From the IMG/VR virus record IMGVR_UViG_3300037467_001324: a DNA stretch of 20,000 bases. One strand, given 5' to 3'. A program made the position numbers and the translations under genes. The stretch is from an uncultured virus (IMG/VR IMGVR_UViG_3300037467_001324). Taxonomy: Duplodnaviria; Heunggongvirae; Uroviricota; Caudoviricetes. Positions 6,791 through 14,026 of the stretch are shown here, in pieces (within the stretch, counting starts at the first letter, position 1; each line of letters starts with the position of its first letter). The notes under the pieces are model-generated. The model had not been told where the DNA came from and searched no databases. It saw only the letters and a program-made list of their open reading frames with translations.

Positions 6791-7583
6791 GCAGGTCATG
6801 GCACTGCTGCTTGAGCAGCTAGGTCGACACGGTACACCCGCCCGAGGCGGGGACTCCGGCATCTCCCCGAGGCCACAAGGGAGTTGCACAACAGCGCCGC
6901 TGCGGGGTCCTCCCCTTTGCCTTGCAGCGGCGCTTAGAGTTTCAGACTGCCCTGAGTTCCACGACGAAGCGGCGACGGCCAAATCGTGAGATGGAGCAGG
7001 AGCGGCTAGGGCGGCGGGAACCTTGTTCAAGCGAATCGCCGCCCTACGAGTTTGCCGGAGCGTCCTTTGCGTGTCCAACGGGACCGGGTCGTTAGGCGAA
7101 AGCGGGTTCCGACCGCGAAATCGGACGCCTTACCGGACCGCGAGACCCGGTATGACAGCCGGAAAGAACGGTGCTGCGGTTCCGGAGCCGTAGTCGAGGC
7201 GGGAGAGGCAAACCTTCGCGGTCTCGACCAGTTTCAGAGGTGAGCCTCCCCACGGCGCCGGAATCGAACCCCGCCGTTACCGGGCTTACCGCCTCCCACG
7301 GGGACAAGAGGCGGGCTGTGTTCGGCCAGTCAATCTATCGAGACCGCAGGAGCTCGATTAGACCGAACAACTCCTGCTCATTTGCAGGTCGCAGCGGACG
7401 AGGCTTAGGCGCGATTGCTTCGCAGCTGACGTGGAAACGCTCAGGGGCGGTGCAAACCGGAAACGGTCACAAAGCGGTGGGTAGCGTGCGGCTGACCAGA
7501 CTTGCGGTGACCCTGGTCCGCGAGGTTAAAGCTCGACTGGTCAGTCATCCCCTACGGAGAACGCAGTCCGCCAGGGTCACCTT
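6791..7583 (+). ncRNA. Candidate large (~800 nt) structured phage ncRNA with multiple pseudoknots; family not recognised
   Basis: No credible ORF; own promoter; nested long-range helices; G-U pairs consistent only with the + strand; GNRA tetraloops; 3'-terminal pseudoknot. Confidence 0.7.
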
Positions 7584-7678
7584 AAAAATTGGTCCCTGGG
7601 CCGCGTCGCTAACCCGCGAAAATTCGGAAATCTAACACCTTGAGTCGCAATCTTGCATACATTTTTGGGACAATCGGC

Positions 7679-10177
7679 TCACCCGATGAGATCGGCTTCC
7701 TCGAGCGGCGTCACCCTGACATAGGTGCGCTGCCGACCGTAAGCGCCGTGAACGACAGGACTCGCCTGCTGCCAACTGGACGCGATGGCAGCCTTTGACA
7801 TGGCGCGCGCGATCGCTTGCTGGTTGGCAGCTGTGTAGCTGCGTAGATCGCCGCGGAGACACTCGACCCAAATCTGCGGGAGGCACACCTTGTCGCGGTA
7901 GCGCGGCTTCTGGTCCTTATCGAGGTCGTCGAAGCCGCCATCATTGATCGGTGCTGCCAGCCAGGCAGCAATGACGCCGGCCATCCCATCGTCGCTCGTT
8001 TCCATGCGACGTGATTCTTGAAGCCCTGCGGCAATGGCGCGCGATTCATCGTCGCGCAGATGCAGCGGCAGCGTGCCAACGGGTTGAGCAGCCCGCATCT
8101 GCCGGTAGAACAGCACTGCCTCAGCCCATAACTGGTCGACATTGCGCTCCAGCTTCGCGGTATCGATCTCAGCGACGTGGCACGGCATCGGCCAGAAGCG
8201 GCGGCCGCCCGTGTCGTCCTTGAGATATTCGCGGTCGTTGGTCGAGCCGATGAAAATGCACTGCCGCGGGAACTCGCCGGCGCGACGGGCATAGGCGAGG
8301 CGCGCGCGGTCCTTCTTGCGGCTGATGAACGCCTTGATGGCGCGCACGTCCGACCGCTGGAAGCCGGTCAGCTCCGGCAGTTCGAGGATCCACGCGCCCT
8401 GCATTAGCTCGATCATCATTTTTGGGTCGTGGAAATCGCCGTCGAGCTCGGCGAACCACTTGCGGCCGAGTATCTCGATGAAGGTCGACTTGCGCTTGCC
8501 TTGGAGACCCTCGAGGATGACGGCAAAATCGAACTTGTGGCCGGGTTCGAAGATGCGTGTAACCGCGGCAGTCATCATCAATCGCGCGATGTCCAGTGTG
8601 TACGGGTTCGGCTCCGCGGCGAGATAGTCGACGAACAGGCGCTCGACGCGCCGCGTGCCGTCCCATTTGAGGCCGTTGAGGTACTCACGCACCGGATGAA
8701 AGGCGTGGTCGTTCGCCGCAATGACGATCGCCGCTTTGAGATCGCGGTCTGACACCTTGATGCCGTAACCGCCCTGGGTCCGCGGCGCTTCGATCAGCGC
8801 CCGCATTGCGAAATCACGGTCGTCGGACCACAGGCTGCCATTCAGCGGGTCGGCGACGTCCCAAATGCGGCCCTCGAGCTGCACAACAGGCTTCGCCTGG
8901 TTCTTGCGCCGCGGTTCCTTGTAGCCGGGCGAGATGCGCTGGACGGTCTCCTGTGTGAACTCATTGATTTGCGCGAGGCCGACGAACCGAGGGTCGTTGC
9001 GGACGATCAGTTTGACGTTGTGAAGGGTCGGCCGGAACGCGCCTTCCTCGTTCACCTCCATCAGCGAAATCCACCCGAGACCGGCCTCGGCGCCGGCAGC
9101 GAGCACGGACTCGAAATCGTTCCCGGTGGATGGTCCGCCGATCAACGCATCGATGTCGTCGTCGGCTTCCTCCTCATCCTCATCCTCGTCGGCACCTGGC
9201 TCATCGTCGTCGATGTCGTCGAAGGCCTGGAACATCCGGACCTGGTTGGCGACCGCCTTGAGCGTTGCCATGCGCACGGAGTTGGGTTTTTGACGGAAGC
9301 TGTTCCAGACGACTCGCTGGTCCTTCTCGTCGAATTTCGCCGACTGCTCCGAGAACTCCTTCCAGATGTCATAACCGATCTCGTCGCCGCCGAACTCGTG
9401 GTGCAGCGCCATGCCGACCGTCAGCCAACCGTCGCGATCCTCGCAGTATTCCTCGATTGGCAGATCATCGAGGATAGCTTGAGCCTCGTCCTCGGTGAGA
9501 CCGAGCGGCGGCTTTAGGTCGAGGCTGTCCGCGGATGCCGCGTTGTCGAGCATCCCCAATTCTTCAAGCCGTGCGGCCGGGATGCGTGGAAATAGCCCGA
9601 GCATGAGCTCGTCGAGATCGACAGCACGTTCCCAAAGATAAGGTTTGCCCGTGTCGGGGTGAATCGACGGCGGCATAGCAACTTGCTTGCCGGTGCCGAA
9701 CAGCTCGATTTCCCAATCGCGTTTCTTGACCTCACGCCCGAGCTTCTCATCATAGACCATCTTGAAGGTCTCGCTGCGGGCGAGCTTCTTCGACGGGAAC
9801 GCCTTCTCACAGGCAAAATAATAGTGGCGCGACGGTCCGCCTGATCCGGAGATGACGCTCGGAACGCTGTCGGCGATCGCCGGAAACAGCTCGTCGAGTT
9901 TTGCGCGAGCCTCGTCAGCGTAAGCAGGATCGCGGATGTCCAGGTCGATGGCATGGAGGTAGGAGCCATCCACCAACTGCGAGACCTCGCCGAGGCGCAC
10001 GCCGACATTAACGCCGGGCGAGTGCCGTCGCCGAAGCTGCTCGAGCGTGGCGACCGGCTTGGTTGACCAATCCTCGCCGATAGGGCGCTTCGATTTGGGA
10101 TGCAGCCAGTGAATCGCAAAGCCGGCCTCACGGAGAGGGCCGATTTCTGCCAACACCTGTTCGTCAAAGGCAGTCAT
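7679..10177 (-). CDS. Primase-helicase: bifunctional Prim-Pol (AEP) + PriCT-2 + VirE/VapE-like SF3 helicase
   Basis: NVGVRLG, AIDLD, RHYYF, QVAMPPSIHPDTGKPYLW (Prim-Pol); DRDGWLTVGMALHHEF...WKEFS (PriCT-2); LEGLQGKRKST Walker A, FIGSTN, DTGGRRFWP (VirE). Confidence 0.95.
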   Translation of the reverse strand: MTAFDEQVLAEIGPLREAGFAIHWLHPKSKRPIGEDWSTKPVATLEQLRRRHSPGVNVGVRLGEVSQLVDGSYLHAIDLDIRDPAYADEARAKLDELFPAIADSVPSVISGSGGPSRHYYFACEKAFPSKKLARSETFKMVYDEKLGREVKKRDWEIELFGTGKQVAMPPSIHPDTGKPYLWERAVDLDELMLGLFPRIPAARLEELGMLDNAASADSLDLKPPLGLTEDEAQAILDDLPIEEYCEDRDGWLTVGMALHHEFGGDEIGYDIWKEFSEQSAKFDEKDQRVVWNSFRQKPNSVRMATLKAVANQVRMFQAFDDIDDDEPGADEDEDEEEADDDIDALIGGPSTGNDFESVLAAGAEAGLGWISLMEVNEEGAFRPTLHNVKLIVRNDPRFVGLAQINEFTQETVQRISPGYKEPRRKNQAKPVVQLEGRIWDVADPLNGSLWSDDRDFAMRALIEAPRTQGGYGIKVSDRDLKAAIVIAANDHAFHPVREYLNGLKWDGTRRVERLFVDYLAAEPNPYTLDIARLMMTAAVTRIFEPGHKFDFAVILEGLQGKRKSTFIEILGRKWFAELDGDFHDPKMMIELMQGAWILELPELTGFQRSDVRAIKAFISRKKDRARLAYARRAGEFPRQCIFIGSTNDREYLKDDTGGRRFWPMPCHVAEIDTAKLERNVDQLWAEAVLFYRQMRAAQPVGTLPLHLRDDESRAIAAGLQESRRMETSDDGMAGVIAAWLAAPINDGGFDDLDKDQKPRYRDKVCLPQIWVECLRGDLRSYTAANQQAIARAMSKAAIASSWQQASPVVHGAYGRQRTYVRVTPLEEADLIG

Positions 10178-10222
10178 TCACGCTCCTGTCGACCCAAACC
10201 CAATCACTCTGCGGACGGGTCG

Positions 10223-10531
10223 TCAGGAGAGCAGGAAGCGTGCAAAATCCTGCTTGGTCGGAGGCGCGATTCCGCGTTCCGCGAGATGGTTGCTATATGG
10301 CTCCCTGTTCGCGAGCTCGATCAGACGCTCGACGCCCTTCTTCGACAGGATGCGGCCGTCGCGGAGCCACTTATAGAGGCCCTCCTTGGTCATGCCGATT
10401 TCCTTGGCGAGCTGCTCGACGTCGAGCACGTTCTGCTTCTTCGTGCGAAGCGTTGGAAAGACGTGACAGAGGGTCTTGTAGAGCTCCGTTCCAGTCCAGC
10501 TGAAACGCTGCGGTGCATCGGCTACTTGCAT
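10223..10531 (-). CDS. Cro-like HTH transcriptional regulator, 102 aa
   Basis: VEQLAKEIGMTKEGLYKWLRDG HTH; ATG 10531 with GGAGGG SD. Confidence 0.85.
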   Translation of the reverse strand: MQVADAPQRFSWTGTELYKTLCHVFPTLRTKKQNVLDVEQLAKEIGMTKEGLYKWLRDGRILSKKGVERLIELANREPYSNHLAERGIAPPTKQDFARFLLS

Positions 10532-10556
10532 TCGATTCGTCCCTCCGGTTGCCCCG

Positions 10557-10641
10557 ACATTAACGAACGGCGTTCGCCAAATCAACCGGCTATTGTTTAA
10601 ATCACTAAACAGTTGACTGAAACGGCGCACGAGGGCAAAAC
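10557..10641. promoter_or_regulatory. Divergent promoter region for the primase and replication operons
   Basis: Leftward TTGATT (10585-10580)-17-TAATGT (10562-10557); rightward TTGACT 10613-10618 within operator half-site AGTTGACT. Confidence 0.6.
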
Positions 10642-10683
10642 AAGCGCCGACTCGCCGGTGGGGTGAGGTTCAGAGGAGCGAAC

Positions 10684-11244
10684 ATGAGCATTGAAACAGC
10701 GTTGGCGGAACTGACCGCCGCCGTGGTTGCCAATACGGCGATCCTGGAGAAACTCGAAGCCGGACGCGAAGCAGCGCTTGCGCAGCTCGAGGCGAAGGGT
10801 GAAACCAAGACAACCCGAACTCGTAAGCCGAAGGCCTCCGACGATAGTGCAGGGGATGCGGCGGGAAACGCCAGCGGCGCCGAAGGTGCAAGCACGGGGT
10901 CTCAGGCGGGCGGTGCCACAGCTGCTGTTAAGAGCACCGCGCCGACCGCCGACGAGGCGCTCGTTCGCCAAGTCGCCACTGACTACATCAAGGGCGCCGG
11001 CGACAACGCCGAGGAACGCAAGGCGCGCGCAGGCAACATCAAACGCATCACCGATCATTTCGGAACCGCGGCGCTAGCCGGCGACAACGGCATCAAGGAC
11101 GCAGAGCAACGCGCCCAGGCGGTGTTCTACCTCAAGCGGTATGATGCTGGCCTCGAGGTCAATTTCAGCGCCGAATATGACTTCACCGGCGACCCCACCC
11201 AGGGCGCCGCGGAAGCGGAGGATTCGTTCGACGGAATCGGCTGA
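10684..11244 (+). CDS. Phage replication-module protein with N-terminal coiled coil and Ala/Gly-rich linker
   Basis: ATG 10684 with GAGGAG SD; MSIETALAELTAAV...; acidic C-terminus ending FDGIG. Confidence 0.85.
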   Translation: MSIETALAELTAAVVANTAILEKLEAGREAALAQLEAKGETKTTRTRKPKASDDSAGDAAGNASGAEGASTGSQAGGATAAVKSTAPTADEALVRQVATDYIKGAGDNAEERKARAGNIKRITDHFGTAALAGDNGIKDAEQRAQAVFYLKRYDAGLEVNFSAEYDFTGDPTQGAAEAEDSFDGIG

Positions 11245-11270
11245 CGAATCACTAACTTAGGGAGTCCAAG

Positions 11271-11462
11271 ATGGACCAGAACACGCTTACGAACAAAGAG
11301 AAGGCGATCATCTCCGCCATCAGTTCGGCAGTTACAGGTGGCGTTGGCTACGGTCTGCTGCCGCCCGGTACGCCAGAGGTCGTCAGTCTTATCGGCGCTG
11401 CCGTGCTCGCTGTGACGGCTGCGGTTTACGCCGTGAAGCATCTTCTCAATCCGACCGCGTAA
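11271..11462 (+). CDS. Small two-TM membrane protein (holin-like)
   Basis: GGGAG SD; two hydrophobic segments in 63 aa. Confidence 0.7.
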   Translation: MDQNTLTNKEKAIISAISSAVTGGVGYGLLPPGTPEVVSLIGAAVLAVTAAVYAVKHLLNPTA

Positions 11463-11466
11463 CTCG

Positions 11467-11622
11467 ATGGAACCGACCATCGAAATCACGCGCTCGAAGC
11501 TCATCGCTGCGCTGGCGCAGTGGGAGGCGGACAGCAAGGCTAACAACTGGCCTGAGCGCGCCGACGAGGAGCGTCACGCGGACAACGCGGACTACCTCCT
11601 CGAGCTGATGGGCGTGAATTGA
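11467..11622 (+). CDS. Hypothetical protein, 51 aa (MEPTIEITRSKLIAALAQWE...)
   Basis: Manual translation; packs between neighbours. Confidence 0.65.
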   Translation: MEPTIEITRSKLIAALAQWEADSKANNWPERADEERHADNADYLLELMGVN

Positions 11623-11623
11623 G

Positions 11624-11800
11624 ATGGGCGCCGCCATCTCCGCTGAGGTGGCCGAGCAGCGAGCTCGGGAGATGGCGACGCTCGACCCCGCCGACCGCGA
11701 TGTCCGCATCGTGTTCGGTATCCTCTCAGGCGTGGTGACTGACGGGCGCTCGCGGTTCGCCGCGGGACGGCCCGTCAGCATCGCCGCGAGGTGCGCATGA
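11624..11800 (+). CDS. Hypothetical protein, 58 aa
   Basis: Manual translation; ATGA overlap with the next gene. Confidence 0.55.
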   Translation: MGAAISAEVAEQRAREMATLDPADRDVRIVFGILSGVVTDGRSRFAAGRPVSIAARCA

Positions 11801-12033
11801 ACCGGGAACTTAATCCCTGCACAGATTGCCCGTTTCGGGCTGAACTGAATATCGAGCACGCAATGCTGCGTTCGCAGGTCGAAGCCGGTCAATGGGTTCC
11901 CTGCAAGAACACCCTTCGAGCTCCTGCTGACGGCAGCTTCCAGGCGAAGATCGAAGCCTGGCGACAGGAGGAAGAATGCGCTGGCGCTCGGATGTGGCGG
12001 CGTGATCGACAGCTGCCCGCTATCGCCGCGTGA
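11797..12033 (+). CDS. Small Cys-containing protein (PCTDCPFR...PC...CAG)
   Basis: ORF track with start at ATG 11797; GAGG SD; GTGA overlap with the DUF2800 gene. Confidence 0.7.
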   Translation: MNRELNPCTDCPFRAELNIEHAMLRSQVEAGQWVPCKNTLRAPADGSFQAKIEAWRQEEECAGARMWRRDRQLPAIAA

Positions 12034-13214
12034 TCGCACACGCGAAACTGTCGCCCTCCGGCGCTGACCGATGGATGGTCTGCCCCGGTAGCGTTGCCGC
12101 CGAGGAAGGCCTCCCCGACGAAACCAGCGAGGAAGCCGCCGAAGGCACCTTCGCGCACATGATTAGCGAGGACTGCCTCGCGCTAGGCTTGGACCCTTAC
12201 GATTTCATCGGTCACCGAGCTACCGTCGAAGGCCATTCATTCGAGTGGGACGAGGAGGACGCAGACAACCTCGCGTTCGGCATTTCGCAGATTCGCTCGT
12301 TCGGTGGGCAATTGTACGGCGAGCAGCGCGTCGATCTCACTCACTGGCTTGGCGACGATCAGTTTGGCACACTGGACCGCGCAATCATTCTGCCCGACCT
12401 CATCGTCATCGACGACCTGAAATGGGGTCGCGGGATCCCGGTCAGCCCGGTCGAGAACCGACAACTGTCGCTATATGGACTCGGCTTCTGGCGTGACATC
12501 GCCCGCCATCAGACCAACGCAACTGATTTCCTCATCATCATCGATCAGCCCCGATGCAGTGGCGGCGGAGGCGAATGGCGGACGACACTCGATCAGCTGC
12601 TCGCGTTCGGCGAGGAAGCGCGCGGTGCCGCTGAGCGTACCCGCGATCCCAACGCACCGCGCGTCGCGAGCGAGAAGGGGTGCCGCTTTTGCAAGCGCCG
12701 CGAAGCACCCGGTGGATGTTCGACGCTCGATATGTTCATGCTCGATTTGTTCGGAAAGCAGTTCGACGACCTGGACGACGAAATTATGGTTGGCGGACCA
12801 ATGGAGCTGCCGGTCGTCGTTACGCCCGAACGCAGGAGCTTCATTCTCGATAACCGCAAGCTGTGCGAATCGTGGTTCGACAAGCTCCATGCTCAGGCGC
12901 TCGATGATGCGCTCCACGGGCGCCCATGCGGCGGCAAGAAAGCAGTCGAGGGCCGCAAGTTGGCCGACAAATGGAAGAACCTAGACGACGCTGACATCGC
13001 GCTCCTGCTGATGCTCGGCGACGGCCGCCACAATCTCAAGCTCAAGACACCGACTCAGGTGACGAAAGAACTCAAGCTCAAGGACAACATTCCGCCTGAG
13101 CTGGAGCAGCTGATCGAACGCGGACAGCGAAAGCCGACGCTCGTCAGCGAGCAGGATGCTCGACCTGCAATGCTGATTAACCTCGAGCAGATGTTCGACG
13201 ACCTGGACACTTAG
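12030..13214 (+). CDS. DUF2800 family Cas4-like PD-(D/E)xK exonuclease
   Basis: HAKLSPSGADRWMVCPGS, AAEGTFAH, FGTLD, DLKWGRG, QLSLY, CRFC...C (four Cys, possible Fe-S ligands). Confidence 0.92.
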   Translation: MIAHAKLSPSGADRWMVCPGSVAAEEGLPDETSEEAAEGTFAHMISEDCLALGLDPYDFIGHRATVEGHSFEWDEEDADNLAFGISQIRSFGGQLYGEQRVDLTHWLGDDQFGTLDRAIILPDLIVIDDLKWGRGIPVSPVENRQLSLYGLGFWRDIARHQTNATDFLIIIDQPRCSGGGGEWRTTLDQLLAFGEEARGAAERTRDPNAPRVASEKGCRFCKRREAPGGCSTLDMFMLDLFGKQFDDLDDEIMVGGPMELPVVVTPERRSFILDNRKLCESWFDKLHAQALDDALHGRPCGGKKAVEGRKLADKWKNLDDADIALLLMLGDGRHNLKLKTPTQVTKELKLKDNIPPELEQLIERGQRKPTLVSEQDARPAMLINLEQMFDDLDT

Positions 13215-13267
13215 GCCAACGGACAACCGACGCAACCGACATCACCGAGAAAAACCAGGAGTTTGAA

Positions 13268-13966
13268 ATGAGTGAAGCACCGAAGCCCGCCGATCCGCGG
13301 ACAGTTCGCCTGAAAATGGTGAGGCTGTCCTTCACGGATTCGCTCAAGGACAAGAAGGCTACCGTCGAGAACGGCACGCCCAAGCACAGTTGTAACCTCA
13401 TCGTCGTGCAGACGCCCGGTGAGGACAAGTTGTCGCAACAGGCCGCAGCCCTGTATAAGGACAACCTCGCCAAGATTCAGTCGGCCATCAAAGCAGCCTG
13501 CATCGAGCAGTGGAGCAAAGAGGACACCTGGAAGGAAATCCAGGAGGATAGCCCGAAGCGGCTTTGCTTCCGCAAAGGCGAGCGGTTCAAGAACAGCGAT
13601 GGCGAGGTCTATAAGGGCTACGCCGGCAATTGGGGCATCAGCGCCAGCGGCCCGAAGGGTGGCGAGCACCGTCCGCTGCTGCTCGATCGCTACAAGCGCC
13701 AGGTCGAGGAGAAGGACATCCTCGAGGTGATGGCGGGCGGCTACTACGGCGATGTCGTCGTGTCGTTCTTTGGCACCGATAAGGGCGGCAAGGGCTTGTT
13801 CTGCTCGGTCGAAGCCATTCGATCGCGCCAGGAAGGCGAACGCCTTGGCGGCGGGCCGCGCGCGAGCGCCGACGATTTCGACGATCTCGACGACGACGAT
13901 TCGTTCAGCGGCACCGCTGCTGGCGGCAGCTCGTCGGGTGGCGACGATTTCGACGGCATCGGCTGA
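13268..13966 (+). CDS. DUF2815 family (gp2.5-like) single-stranded DNA-binding protein
   Basis: VRLSF, PKHSCNLI, GYYGDVVV, GERLGG and an acidic tail; sits between DUF2800 and the polymerase; AGGAG SD. Confidence 0.9.
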   Translation: MSEAPKPADPRTVRLKMVRLSFTDSLKDKKATVENGTPKHSCNLIVVQTPGEDKLSQQAAALYKDNLAKIQSAIKAACIEQWSKEDTWKEIQEDSPKRLCFRKGERFKNSDGEVYKGYAGNWGISASGPKGGEHRPLLLDRYKRQVEEKDILEVMAGGYYGDVVVSFFGTDKGGKGLFCSVEAIRSRQEGERLGGGPRASADDFDDLDDDDSFSGTAAGGSSSGGDDFDGIG

Positions 13967-13972
13967 GGAGGT

Positions 13973-14017
13973 TCGGCCACCGCGGGGTTCGGAGCCATCA
14001 TCTCCCGCGGTGGCCGA
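13973..14017 (+). promoter_or_regulatory. 14-bp stem hairpin between a GAGGAGG SD and the polymerase start codon
   Basis: TCGGCCACCGCGGG / CCCGCGGTGGCCGA perfect stem; no U-tract. Confidence 0.7.
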
Positions 14018-14026
14018 CACTGCTGA

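Noticed and set aside
7250..7320. tRNA gene on the - strand (GGTTCGATTCC T-loop-like sequence)
   Set aside because: No D-arm, anticodon arm or acceptor stem with CCA; surrounding G-U pairs favour + strand folding
7495..7575. Group I intron core (AGAACGCAGTCC resembles the S element)
   Set aside because: No convincing R element or P3-P7 geometry and no interrupted gene; a covariance search would be needed to exclude it fully
6746..7635. Short ORFs on both strands (6746-7078, 6768-6989, 7052-7243, 7092-7307, 7171-7635)
   Set aside because: No convincing SD, Arg/Ser/Gly/Pro-rich composition, mutually overlapping; base-pairing explains the region better
12030..13214. CRISPR-associated cas4
   Set aside because: DUF2800 solo Cas4-like nuclease within a phage replication module; no cas1/cas2 or array
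13973..14017. Rho-independent terminator
   Set aside because: No U-tract, large loop, and located mid-operon just before the polymerase start
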